Below, piece after piece: positions 50,694 to 64,000 of a DNA stretch of 64,000 bases. The notes under the pieces are model-generated. The model did not search any database and was not told where the DNA came from. It saw only the letters and a program-made list of their open reading frames with translations. The stretch comes from Raillietiella orientalis (lineage: Eukaryota): positions 6,014,001-6,078,000 of the forward strand of contig JAYWIR010000001.1 in assembly GCA_036172245.1 (NCBI GenBank), read 5' to 3'. The position numbers were made by a program, and so were the translations under genes. Each line of letters starts with the position of its first letter. Position 1 is the first letter of the stretch.

Positions 50694-52661
50694 TTAGGTG
50701 ACAGCATCAAGATCCACCAACTTACTACAGGAAAACTGCATGTTTCCTTTCACTGAACTGGTTAACCTGGGACGGCAGCTGCTAGGGTGGTGAACAAATG
50801 TTGAGATTTCTTTCCTGAGACCAAGTGTTTGCCTCCAACCCATGTTTCCAGCCCCAATCATACCTCAGATGCTGTGGCAAAACTTCAACGTTGAGCTTGT
50901 GCAGAATCACTTTTATCATGCACAGTGTTTTCAGAGAAGGTTCTAGGAGAACAAGTGGCCATAGGAGACTAATAAACTTACTGAGATCGAGGATATAGAG
51001 ATCATTCAGATCCTTCAGCAGAGTAGCACTGCTATGTAAATGCACATTTTCTTGCAAATCTGGATTATTTAACATTAGCTTATTCAATTCATCCTTGGGT
51101 ACAGGGCTATTAAAATATGTTAATGTCATATGACTAAATTATGAAATTGAATACCAGGCACCACCAAACATATAAACCACACTGTCAACAAGAACGCAGC
51201 ACTGGCGTCGGCGTGGACTTGGGAGATCCCCACTGACATTTTCTTTTGACCACATAGATGTTCCTACAAGAAATATGCTGTCTAGAAACTTGCTCCTTAA
51301 ACAATAAACTTACTAAAGTCATAACAATGGAGGTCATTGATGTGACAATCCAAAATACTATTGTATCCACCGAAAATACAGAGCTTTCCACCATAAACAA
51401 CTACACAAACACAGTTGAAATGTAATGCAGGGCATACATACATGCAGAATGACTTCTACGACCAATAGGTATTTCACCAAAAGCAGCCACTTCCATCCAT
51501 TGCATGGAGGTGGTATCTAGAGAGAACAGCTTATTGCTATATACATCTCGGTTAAAATTAAAAATTCCACGCTCATCACTACGTCCTCCAAACACAACCA
51601 TCTTGTCTCCTACTGCAACTGCTGAATGAAAATCACAAAACATTGGCAAAAGCAATCCCTAAAAGCACATATAAAAGATACTAAATTGTATTAACTTACT
51701 CGATTAGGAATATATTCCCAGTGATGTGTGTTCAAATTCAATCGAAAAAGATCATGAGAAAACTGATTAAGAGTTTCATCATAACCACCAAAGATGTACA
51801 TGTATTCCTTGATTACACAAGCAGAGTGACCATCACGTGCTTGAGGAATGATTCCTTTCACTTTGGGGATGGACCATGTCAATGTACGGGTATGGAAAAT
51901 GTATAGTGTATTGCAAGCAGTGATATCATTTCGTCCTCCCCACAAGTATATCAAATCTCCATATGCTACCACTGTATGGCCATATCTTCGAAATGGAGCT
52001 TTCATGTGTCCACGGACTCCTACATTGGCCAGATAGGTCCAGACATTTGTAACTGGAAATAAGCACATACAATTCCAAATTTCACAAAGTTCAAAAACGC
52101 AAAGCCATGCTGTTTGAAGTCATTCCCATTACACAAATTTTTGAGAAACTCCAAAGTGCCTCCTTCTAAAGGGAATGACTCCCACAATAACAATTCTGAC
52201 ACCCACAACTGCAAATTTATGAGCTGCTTTTTTGAAACCGAATTCCCACTTCCCATTCACTTGTGCATCACAACGCTTCTCTGCGACGGGCCACAAGAAA
52301 CGTACGGTAAAGAACGATAAATCCACGTTTCACTCCGATTGTCAAAAAATGCAATAGGGCCGATCCGAGTCGGCTTTTCTAGACGTTGCACGGGGCATGA
52401 ACGGTGGGGTCCGAGCTGCCCATGCACAGAGAGAAACTTCTTGCATTCGGTTCATGGGATCGAAAATCCGGCGACCACCCTCACACCACCCAACTTCCAA
52501 ATACCTGTATCGTAAACAAAAACATCAAGCGGTGGAGTCGGCTCGCTAAAACTCTGGTCACTGCAGAAACCTCCAAACGAGTAGATTTTACGATTCACTT
52601 CGGCCGCTGCGTGATTCACACGCCTTGGCCCGAGTTCCGACTTCAACAACCAGTACATCAT
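50694..52661 (-). CDS. KLHDC3: Kelch domain-containing protein 3 (CRL2 C-degron receptor family), ~400-415 aa
   Basis: Exons (minus) 52661-52505, 52052-51700, 51658-51442, 51400-51314, 51263-51155, 51106-50982, 50942-50864, 50814-50694; a further in-frame intron 50725-50766 is possible. Kelch repeats GPRRVNHAA..IYSFGGFC, RYGHTVVAY..IYLWGGRND, ARDGHSACVI..MYIFGGY, GRRSHSA, PRRRQCC; C-terminal BC-box-like PSLKTLC. Confidence 0.93.
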
Positions 52662-53599
52662 ACAGAACAGATTCAGGGAACCACCATTTGTTTGCAGTAC
52701 GTCGGCAACTACCATGCACATTCCGTGGGAGGCTCCCTACTTCCCAAGCAGCTGTCGCCTGCTAGGGCATCCCCCACGACGGTGCCCGGAATTGCAGACC
52801 CATCGTCGAAGGCACTCGATTGCTACCAACTGGCTGGCTTGCCTGCTTCAGGTAACGCACGCACAAAGGGTCCCCAAGATCACCTTAAATAGGTCAACTG
52901 AAATGTTCACGAATTACAGAACGGGCGATATCTCTGTACAGTGCTGCTGAACAAACACATGCATAAGCTTCTCCTTCTTCTTTTTTTTTTTTTTTAAAAA
53001 AAAAAAAGAAAGAAGGAAAGAAAAGGAAAAAAAAAAATCCATTTGAATCGAAGGCTGTGTAAAATCGATAAAGTTTCAAAACAACGAAATACATTCTATT
53101 ATTATTATTATAAGACTTCGATGTAAAAAAAAAAAATCACGTGCTATCCATATCTCGGTAGATGTAAAGGTATATCTTATCTTATTCGACATGATCTCGG
53201 CCCCTCAGGGGTAGCTTTGAAGAAAGACAAAGAGTTCTCAACAATCCGCAAATATATCTGAATCACTAATATATACAGCTTTCCAAGTTCATGAGCTTTC
53301 TTCGATAGCATACGAGTACAATGTATTGAGTCAGTATATCATACCAGTGTACAGTGATCAGTAGAGCATCTTGAACGACTAACGGCTCCCAATAAGTAGC
53401 CCGTGTGATTCATTCACCTTAGCAGGCAAACAGAATTGCTGTGTACCATTGGCAGAGAGACTAGTCGACATGACCCTGATGTACACCAGATTTGGTGTCG
53501 GACGAGCGTGGGATTGTCTGGTTGTTAATTTTTATTTACTTCTATTAACCAAGACAGGTGCCACCACTCTTATCATTTACGACATATGCTGTCGTAAAG

Positions 53600-54360
53600 A
53601 CTTGAATAATGTGGTTCGCCTTTGAAGGTCACTGATGGAACGAAATTTCGACGTGCCGAACCTTTTTGATGGTAAACTTCCAAGAAGGAATAGACGAAGT
53701 TCGATTAGATTCACGTTGCTGTTTGCATGCAATTTTTTCAAAACCCTTCTAAAGACACGTGTCCTTTAGAATTTTTATTAATTGGATGTGTTCTTTATTC
53801 ATTAGTACTTTGTAAGTGGTTCTAGTAAATTAGGGTGTGCCACTTTGAAAGCCAAATAATGTAGCCAGAATATCCAATGGATATATTGAAGTGTGTGATG
53901 ACAAAGTTTCAGGATACCATCCCTGATACTTCTGGATTACCTCAAGAGAGAATGTGAGCTACACTTTCAAGTTACAACAAGTACTCAAGCTCTGCCTGGA
54001 ATACCTATCCAGACGTGACGGTCTTCCCCATTCCATGGGTGTCATAATTGTGATTGCACGCAATGATCATTCCTGGAAGCCAAAAATTTTCCAATTTTGT
54101 GATTTTCATTTGATGGTTCAAACGTTGATTCTATTTTAGACATTAGATCCCACACTTCAGGTATGTTTATAAATTATCCATGTTTAGAATATTTTACAAA
54201 TATTTCACTCACTCAGATCTCTGAATTGAGAAACAAATAGCATCAAAGACTTATAAGGAAGAAAAATCTCCAAGAATGATTAACGGATAGAAGTTCTTCA
54301 GCAATTGATGGCGATGTTCAAAGTGTTATTTTGCTAGGAAGCGTCCAATGTACTCACTGG
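53600..54360 (+). mobile_element. Possible Tc1/mariner transposase relic between the divergent KLHDC3 and CDC40 genes
   Basis: SRRDGLPH (~QQDGA.PH) at ~54008-54030 with weak downstream similarity (R..KC) to mariner C-termini; no TIRs identified. Confidence 0.3.
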
Positions 54361-56793
54361 CTTTCTTGTATCCGGTAATTATTTTTCATTTCAAATAGTA
54401 TATTGCATATTCGTGGAGCAATTTGTAATAACGATTCAGACCTGAAGAACACACAGCTCGATATCTGTCTCTTTCTCTATTATTCGACTGATTAAGATCG
54501 ACGTTAGTGAGATACGCAAAACAGGGATTTTGTTCTCCCAGTAAATTTGTGCTCTATTCAATATAACGTAACAGTGATATTAAACCCATGGATTCGTTAT
54601 AAGAATAATGCTGTTGATTTCTTTCTTTTATTAGTATTCTTTTTTGAAATCAGTTCCATGCTATAAAAATTACTATTGGGAAAGCTATAAAAATCTAAAT
54701 GAATCGTAGATCATTAAAGATTCAAAGAACACTAGCTTTCGAAACGAACAGGCTCTCTTTTTTAAAAACTATCATAATGAGGTTTCCACTTAGAAGGCAA
54801 GAGAATTTAACTTTAAAGTCTAATCATGAAGAACAGAAATTCAAGATTTAAAAATTCAAAAATAAGATATGATTTAAATTTCCAACTAAGATTGAGAATG
54901 AAATTTTTTCTACAACTGGTGAACAATGGATAAGCGTAGATAAGAGCTTCACCGAAGTTAATGTCAAGATTGGATGTGAATCTAAAAGAAAAAGGGCGCC
55001 ACGATTTTGTCCATAAACGCCTTATTACAGATGATTTTGCAAAAGTTAAAATAAGGGACATTATTCCTTGTTTTTAGTCAATCCATTTTGTTTTCAAGGG
55101 AGACCTTAACATCATGACTGAAGTCCGCATATAGGAAGTGTAGTCATGTGCTTTCAGTAGAATAGTATTTCTGTAATAATGATGAATATAATTATATCGT
55201 CAGGCATTTATTTAATTTTCACTTTTGTTCGAACTACGATTTGTTTTCAAATTTATTGCAACCTAATCAAATGATGGTTTTCATCTGATTTAAAAACTCT
55301 AGTGCGTAGATCCAGACAACAGCTATAAAGAACTCGATCTGTAGATGTCCTCAAACTGAAACAAATACAGAATTTGTATTTCACATAAAAAAGAAAGGAA
55401 AAGAAAAATCGAAAATTCAAATCTGCCAGAGCTAAAAGCACATTTAAATTCGTCAGTCTACAATAGTTGGGGTACACTGTTCAAAGCTTCTCGGAACCAC
55501 AAAGAATTCGATTTGCCAATTTCGCTCTCTAAACCTTATTTCACTATTTCTTTTAAAGTTCTTTCTTTCTCTGTCTCTGTACTTCTCATCATATAATAAT
55601 CATATTAATTATAATCTGAGCTTACTGCTTCATTATGAAGTATACATCACACATACGTCACAGATCACGATGGGAATCTGTGGTGACAATCGCAAAAATC
55701 GTTGTGTTATCACTTTTAAATGCTGTTTAAGAACTTCATGCTTTGAAGGAGATATTCTGAGACTACTGAACCGTATGCATAAGTGCAATCTTTATTATCT
55801 TTGGTTATCAAGCATCTGCTGTTGTTTAATACATAACCATAAGAGACCTAACATAACTCAGTATTTCCAGTTCATCTTTTTAGAACTATGTCACCACGAA
55901 GAATTTGTACAGAATTCTTGTTTAATCTTATTCAATACGATGGTATCTTTTTGCTGAACTGCCGTTGGCATCACGCAGCACTAGCTTTTGGGGATAAATA
56001 AAGTATTCACTTTCTAAACGTAATCAGTTCTTTTTACTTTCATGAATGAGCTACCACAACAAACTTAAAGCTTTCATGATCTTGTTACTTGAGTTGTAAG
56101 CATTCTTCCATTAAAACCGAAGAAAGACCCACCTGAAATGAGGTTGCATTTATCTGCACTGTTCACAAAACATTGAAATTTTCCTAAATATTTTATGAGC
56201 GGAAATATGCTCGCACCAATCCTATGCATAGGAATTAATATTTGTACATTTTCTTTAAGCGTTGCACGTGTAAAGTGACTTAAGATCTAACTTCCTCAGA
56301 AAACAATAACGAATATAAGGAAGACGAATTTTTCTATAGGATTGGAAATGCTGAACCGAGTTTTAGATGCAATAATGAGCTTCGTTCATCCGAACTGGCA
56401 TAAAATTAATAGAGTAGGAGTTATTCTGAGAAAAAATTAGACGAAAGGAGAAGAAAATTTCTGTGTTCGGCGATACAAAGCGATTCGTGTGTGGGAACCC
56501 TGTGCGGTGTGCTGCAGCACTCACTGGGCGAGAGTGCGGAATGGCGGCAGCGGCCAGGACGTGGTGTTGAGGGCGATTTAGCAGGAAAACGTGCCGATAA
56601 AAGTGACAGAACGTGAGCTTTGTAGCTGCTGGCCGTTAGCAGACAAAGTTGATAAAAGCACTGAGGTGATATGTGAGTCTGTTGAGCTTTGCTGAACAAG
56701 GACCATGCAAACTTGTCAGTGCTGCATTGGCCTCTGCCTTTATTCGGAGTGAACGTGAGTGCGTGCATCCCTGTGCCACACACAGCCCCCAAA

Positions 56794-59700
56794 ATGTCAG
56801 CAATTTTGGCATTAAAGCAGTATGGAGGAAGTGAAAGCGACACGAGTTCAGAGAACGAGGACACTTACGATTACGAGAAACCAGTTTCTTCAAGCAGTTC
56901 TGTAGCCCAGTCCTTGAGCGTAGTGGCCGCTCCTGAGGTCATACCGACGGTAAGCAGTGTTTTTTGACTTTTGGAAATCGGTGGTCAGTTTGCACGTGAA
57001 AATCGGCAATCGTCGGTTGGAATCGTGATTTGTTTGGTGAAACTGACGGACCGTTGACATGATGAAATGATGGACATTCCATTCATTCTTTTTATCAGGA
57101 TTTTCATTGTGTGTTTCTGACGAATTTCCTACAAGTGTTGTGCATGGTGAACACGAATTTCCTAAACGTTTTTGACATCATTACACTCAGTAGGGGAGCA
57201 GCCGCCCATCGAGAGAATTTGTTTGATAATGTGCCCCGCACGAACACCTAATCGTATGCAATTCCACACTCCATTCGAATGGATAAAGAACATCATGGAT
57301 TCATATTGCTGGCAGAATTAGGTTTGTCTGATGTGTTAGCATTTGAATTCCGTGGATGTTTTTATGCTGTTTTACTGCATTAAAGAAAGCATTCTACTGC
57401 ACCAGAGAAAATTTATAGCAATAGGTGTATTCAGGAAATAAAGTTAATATAGTGGAATTCAGTGGGTTGTTTTTTTTTTTTTTTTTTTTTATTTGCTGAA
57501 AACTAAGGTAAAATCCCGTGTGAGGTTGGGAAAGTTTACTTTTTGAACAATTTTTGCACCTTCTTCATGTGATGCATTTATCGAATTTTATCGAGGAAAA
57601 AAAAAAATTGTATGCTCATTTTATCTGGTACAGTAAGAGCATTAGAGTGTACAGCATGCAGTGTTGCCTGTTTGTATGTGTACTAAAGCCTAGTGAAATG
57701 GTTCCTGCATTTGTACTCTTTTGATGGGGAATATTTTAAGCCACTTCCTGTGAATGTTTAAGTCATTGATGTGCTGACAGATTAGTTTGCAAAATTAGCC
57801 AGATTTTAGTGTTTTGACATGCTTGCCAGTGATGCGTTGCAACAAACCTTTAGGATTTTTTCCCAGTAAAATTTCTGGAAACAGATATCTTAACTCTCGT
57901 AATTTTCTTTGGTGGGCAAACTGAAAATGTTTTGTTGTTGTGCCAGCTTCTTTTCTTTCTTTCTTTGGGTATACCACATTGATGATTTATCTGAATTAAC
58001 ATGATGGTAATTGAGTTTGCTGAAATGTTGGATGTATTTTTGATTATTGTATATCCATCAGAATGCAAAAATTTCTGAAAGACCACCTCAAAAAAAAATT
58101 CTTCAGGTAATTTTTTCATATTGCATTACATTTGAAGTTCAAACCATTAAAATTTGGATAACCTAGGGACAATTCAGAATTATGGCGTTGGTTAATTGAA
58201 AATTTTGCCAAATTCTGGTGTGTATATAAGTTTTGCATTCATCATAAGAAACAGCAATTGGAAAAACTGTACATTTAAAAAAATTAATTCGTTGCAATCG
58301 TAAAAAACTAGAATAGATTTCTATCAAGAATTTCAAGACTGAATCAAAGGAAACGAGAAGTAGGAAAAACATTTTGAAACTCAATATAGTGAAGTGCTTG
58401 AAGCATCCCAAGTTGAGCATGTATACACATTTGAGGCACAAGCAATAAGTAGTTACTTATAGAGGTGCTTAACTTTGAAAGTGGTTTGAATGCAATTTAT
58501 TACTTTTCATTTATCTTGTGCATTGCCAAACAGTTTTTAAGACTGTGATGTTTCTATATATCCATTTCTATATAACCATCCCTAGGGATTTAGAATACAT
58601 GTGCAGAGATTCATTTTTCCATTTAAGTTGTGAACTATGCAATTGCAAAGTAGATATTCTCCATGTGTTCAAATGAATTGCATGTGACTGATCCAAATAA
58701 TCATACTATTGATGGAAAGAGAATCCAAGTGATTGAGCAACAAATAAATGTGCATTTCATGAAACTAGCTGTTCATTAAATATTAAAGGAGCAAGAATGA
58801 TATCAGTCTTTAATTTTTATCAGTAACAAAAGAACATGTAGGAACATTATGAAAAATCATCATTCAAATCAAAAAGAAGCAAAAAGGAAACATTGATAAG
58901 GCTGTTTGTTAGTATTGTAGTAAATAGAAAAATTGGAGCTTAGGGATACATCAAGAACTTGTGTTACATTTTTGTTGCTTTGTCTAAAATGTTTGATGTT
59001 AAGTAATCTGAAAATGTATGTGATCGTATTATTATTTAGCATATATAACATGAAAGTGCATTAAGAAAGTTTGGTGCAGATCTCCATAGTAATTTTATCC
59101 TTTTTTTTTTTTTTCCTATGAAGATCAATAGTGAATATGGATCTGATGTTACAGGGAGGATTATTGTATTATAAGTATTGGATTCAGAGAATCAGATTTT
59201 TTTCTTGAATGGTGTTCCATTCTTTTGTGCATTGTTTGCAACAATTCTTGTTGCAAAAAATGTACAAAAGAATTTCTGAATTCATTCTTGCAGCAATGGC
59301 TGAAGATAAAGTTGCAGCAAAATAAGATGTATTTTTAAAGTAAAGTAACTCTTATGGTGCTCATGCTGATCAAATTTGATTAAATTTTGCATGATTAACT
59401 ACCAAAAGCTTCTGTTTTTTCTTCTACTTTGGTTGATTGCAACCAGTAGGAGCCCTTACTTTCTTCAGAAGTAGAGCAAAACAATTTTCTCACATTTTGA
59501 AAAATTGCAGAAAGATGATACATCACAATTATGAGACTAAATTATTCAATTTTTAAAGTACTCTTTCATGGTCAATTTCAAATATTCCTTGTAAGCAGGT
59601 TGCATTTTACAGTATAAGGTTATGAATGTTCATTTTCTTAGTCTATCTGCTGAAATTTTTTTTCTTCTTCTTGATGCCCTATATTTGTATACATGTGGTT

Positions 59701-62435
59701 TGTAATTTTGTCATAAAAAAGTTTTAGTCTTTTTTTCATGTGGGTGTAGTAACAGCTATTGCAATCATCATAAAATTATTCTCAATAATGATATGAATTT
59801 TATATCAGGTGCTTAGCTCTTGAAGTTTTGCTTTGCTATTCTTGATGGTTCTCACTGAGTCTGTTGGATATGTAAATTTTCCATGCATTTAAAAGAAATG
59901 GTAAAAAAACCTCTTACTCTTTGGTAAAAAAAAAACATCAACAGTTTGCCAGAATTTTACAAGCAACAAGTGAACATTGAAAATAAATGTAATTGAATAA
60001 ATTGAAAATCACAAATATTCACATAAGCATTTTCCAGTCAGAAAGTAGCTTTATTGCTGCTGTTTTCAGTTTTGCATTTAATTCCATGAATAATCAGGAT
60101 GGCAGAGAAACTTTTTAGAGATTTCTGATGTCAGATTAAAATGCAAATGAAACAGTAACTAATTGGCAATACTTGCTGTGAGTAACATACCCTGTTGCAA
60201 TGAATTTGTGATTTAATGTCTTGTATGCAAGGAGATTTTAGAAACAAATTTTGCACTCGTATAGAGAAGTAATTTGATCTCTCTAAAATAATATGTATTG
60301 TAATTTATGAATTGTCTTGTAGATTGATCAAATGAAGCATACTGTGGTTGATCCAAATATTAAGGAATTGACGTATAATCCAAAGTATGAAGATCTGTAT
60401 GCAACTGTGGCTGGACCTGAAAATCCTTTCAAGACAGAGCAGCAAAAGGCAAAAAAAAATACACTTAGTGGTTTTGTAGAAGAGGCCTATGTAAGCGATT
60501 TTCATTTTGAAGCTCAGAGGAGAACTTTTCATAGTTTTGGTGATTATGAGTTCATGTTAGTTTTTTGTTTGCGGAAAATCAATTTTGTTACGTTATTTGT
60601 TTTTAGTATAATATTTTCATGATGAGAAATTTAAATTGCAGTGTTTATTATGTTTTATATTGCCTGAACCATGGGTTTATATGCAAACCCATGATTCTGG
60701 CATTTTTGTCATGATTTTGGGATGTTGCCATTGTATATTCATTCCATGTTTAATTGAGGATAACTTAGTAAACTCATGATGATGGTGATGGTAATAATAA
60801 TAATCCATAAATGTTAATTTTCATGGGCCAAGAACGCGAAATGAATTTTAATTCAATTGTTTTTGTTTAGGCTATGCATTGGATCCGACCATAACTGTAG
60901 ATGGAACTGATAGTGGTTATTTGGGAGAGCCAGATGTAATTAAAAAACATAGAGGTCGTACTGTCTTTGAAAGTACAAGCGATCGACCTTTGGACAAACG
61001 AAAAAAATTCAAGAACTATGATCCTTCCGATGTTGAGGGTTTTCTGGGACCTTGGGCTGGATTTACAGATGAAAAAAGGATAATCCAACCAACACCAGTA
61101 AGACCTTTATCGGTGTTATTGTTTCATTAATAGTTGTGTAGGAAGAAATGGAGGAAATGGAAGATCTGTTGGCTAAGCAACAGAAAAATGCTAAAAAAGT
61201 TGATGAGAAACCTATGGATGAAAAAACCATATTGCATAGTAAGTGTGTTGTGATTGTACAGCTTTGCATTGTATTGTTCGTTTAGTACAAGATCCTTATG
61301 ACTACCAGGGGCGCAGTTTTCTGCATATCCCTCAGGATGTTGGCGTGAATTTGAAATCAGACTCCCCTCCTCCAAAGTGTTTTATACCCAAAGTGCACAT
61401 ACATTCCTGGCAAGGCCACTCCAGAGGCGTATGCGCTATTCGATGGTTTCCTCGCTCAGCACATCTGCTGCTCTCGTGCAGCATGGACTGTAAAGCAAAG
61501 CTATGGGAAGTGTATGGAGAAAGGCGCTGCATTCGTACTTACCATGGCCATAGACAAGCTGTGCGCGATATATGTTTCAATACTTGTGGTACTCAGTTCT
61601 TAACAGCTGGCTATGACCGCTATATTAGACTTTGGGATACAGAAAGTGGCAATTGTGTGTCACGGTTCAGTTGCAGGAAAGTGGCTTACTGTGTGAAGTT
61701 TAATCCAGATCGAAACAAGCAGCATCTCTTTGTGGCAGGCATGTCAGACAAAAAGATCTTATGTGTAAGCAAAAGCCTAGTTGAAGCACAACTTTCCCTT
61801 TTATTAGTGGGATACACGCAGTGGAGACATTGTGCAGGAATACGATCGCCATTTGGGAGCTGTAAACACAATAACATTTGTGGACGACAATCGACGATTT
61901 GTATCCACTTCAGATGATAAAAGTTTACGTGTCTGGGAATGGTAAGAATGAGTTGGTAAACTGACTGTGACGCTCTTCGTTTAGGGACATTCCAGTTGAC
62001 ATGAAATACATCGCCGATCCCTCAATGCATTCCATGCCAGCTGTCACATTATCCCCGAACCAAAAATGGCTAGCCTGCCAAAGCATGGACAACAAAGTGG
62101 TCATCTTTTCGGCCATAAACAGATTCAAATTAAACCGGAAAAAGGTTTTCAAAGGTCATATGGTTGCTGGTTATGCATGTTCTGTGGATTTTTCTCCTGA
62201 CATGAGGTAAAAAAAAAATAACGAAAATCTCAAAATGTGCTCTTTCTGGTGAACCAGTTATCTTGCATCTGGAGATGCAGATGGGAATGTGTATGCTTGG
62301 GATTGGAAATCTACAAACGTGGTTAGTACCTGGAAAGCTCACGAAGGAGTTTGTATTGGAGTACTGTGGCACCCTCATGAAACATCGAAAATGGCCACCG
62401 CAGGATGGGACGGGCTGATTAAATATTGGGATTAA
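56794..62435 (+). CDS. CDC40: Pre-mRNA-processing factor 17 (WD40 second-step splicing factor), 569 aa, 8 exons
   Basis: Exons 56794-56949, 60323-60539, 60871-61097, 61142-61238, 61286-61764, 61808-61941, 61985-62206, 62258-62435 (1710 nt, all introns GT-AG). Motifs: [78 protein letters not shown]. Confidence 0.96.
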
Positions 62436-62517
62436 GAAGTTTTCTGCACGAGGAAGACGTACATTCTCATTATATCCATTGCAGACGATCTGTCATATCT
62501 TGCAGTAAAACTTTCAT

Positions 62518-62523
62518 ATTAAA
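62518..62523 (+). promoter_or_regulatory. Candidate polyadenylation signal (ATTAAA) of CDC40
   Basis: ATTAAA about 80 nt after the TAA stop, followed by GT/T-rich sequence. Confidence 0.35.
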
Positions 62524-64000
62524 CTGTATTCGCAAACGAATGTGGTATTTTATTGGCACCCAAGAACTGATTGCTCTCGGTGGAATGAAGCATTTGAATC
62601 ATCTGAACAGTTACCATGGTTATGATGGCACGTGAGGCATGAAGTCATGCCGAGCTGCTTGCCCCACGAGTTTGTCAGGTTAAACCTATTTATCTGGGTT
62701 GTTTCAATCGACCCTCTCGGCTTTTTGGCTAAGATCAAAGTATTTGCATGTTAGGGATGTATTTTGTGGATGTTAGGATCGAAGATGCATGAGGTTAAGA
62801 GGTTTGAGGATTCGTTGCTTTGTTATTTACTCCCATGACAGTTCTTCCCGTTGAGGTGATGAAAGAGTACAGTTAAAAAAGGCAGGTTTTGCTCCTTGCC
62901 TTATTCCCTTCGCGGTTGTTTTAATCAGCATTTTTCCCCCCCCCCCTCCTCTTCAAAGGGAGGAATGTATTTTGCTTAATTGAAAGGGAATGCGCTCGTG
63001 TTGTTACGTCGGGATGCAGTGAAAGGGGGGTAAGAGCTCATCTTTCGCGACCCCCGTTATTCTCTGCTTCCTGAGGATTGCGTGAAGTGCCGTGCCGAGC
63101 TCCGTTCAACGTGAATGGCCCCACCACAAACGAGCATTTGCAACCACGGAAAAATCTGTGCTCCCTTCGCCGGTATGGGTCGCCGTGACCCTGCGACCGC
63201 CGGTTGTTTCTGTGGAACAGCAAGGTGCAAAATTTCACGCGCTCGGAACACGGAGATCCGTCAACGTCCGCCGTGGACCGTCTTTACTCGCAGCCGAATG
63301 GAAAGGCGAAAAGTTTCCGAGGAGTAATCCCTGGTCGAATAGCTCGTGTGTGTCCCAAGACTTCCGCAAGGAGGGTCTCTCTTTCCCATGAGAAGCACCG
63401 GCACTATCGGTTCGCTGCCCCACCGCTGTCCAGAAAGGATAATCTTTGAGATCTTTTGAGATCATTGTTTTGAAGGATGAAGCAGGAATGCAAGGAACTT
63501 CAGGGAAACGGGAACGTTAAAAAAAACGTAAAGCAGAAAAACTTAGCAAACGTTTCACAGGAATCGCATGCAATTTTTAATCAGCTTGCTTGCGGTCGTT
63601 CACGGTATGATTTTGAAAGTTTGCAACGGCACAGTTTAGCAAGATGTAAATATTTTCTGATCTACCAAATGGCACTAAATGGTACGTCTAAATTATCAGC
63701 TACCAAGTAATCCCAAGTACCAAGTAATGGATAATTTTGGGATTTTCTCCGTCCGATAAGACGAAAATGGATTTTTATTCCTGTTCCAATAAAAAAGCGA
63801 ATGTGTGCTCAGTAGTTTTCAGTTTTCCCTTATTACCTACATCCAAAATAATTCCTTCTAATCGAAGCATGGGAGAAAGATAGGATTCGACTATTTCTCC
63901 AGTTTTTTCTCCAGACTTCAAAACGTTTTCCGATAAGACCGCTGAGTTTGGATACAAAGCGAACCAACACTTCTGTTTCCCTTTAAGAACTCTGCCTCTA

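Noticed and set aside
58200..59500. Possible transposase remnants in CDC40 intron 1
   Set aside because: Similarity too faint to support by eye.
1..64000. Telomeric arrays, spliced-leader RNA, rRNA or snRNA genes
   Set aside because: None recognised by eye; an Infernal/Rfam scan would be needed to exclude divergent ncRNAs.

Overview
Eukaryotic (invertebrate, probably ecdysozoan) genomic DNA with short spliceosomal introns. I found no prokaryotic-type features such as CRISPR arrays, operons or rRNA. Four spliced genes can be built by hand with consistent exon phases: a Prx4-type peroxiredoxin (-, 9638-11106), an echinoid-like 7Ig-2FN3-TM adhesion receptor ending in REIIV (-, 36253-~41636, first exon tentative), KLHDC3 (-, 50694-52661) and CDC40/PRP17 (+, 56794-62435). 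A fifth, CCDC181/34-like gene (+, ~33535-35776) is only partly resolved. Much of 1.7-33 kb and 48.7-49.9 kb is a graveyard of very decayed transposons: about 16 LINE reverse-transcriptase relics (mostly + strand), hAT/Buster relics, a pogo-like MITE and two tRNA-derived SINE-like heads; a possible mariner relic lies at 53.6-54.4 kb. The main observations are: (1) Prx4 carries a C-terminal SDEL and has candidate alternative first exons (ER versus cytosolic form); (2) CpG is almost absent inside the CDC40 gene body but common in neighbouring intergenic and TE DNA, a gene-body-methylation signature; (3) an isochore-like GC-rich domain surrounds echinoid; (4) the LINE relics are strand-biased. All family assignments come from recalled motifs, not database searches, and TE relic boundaries are approximate.
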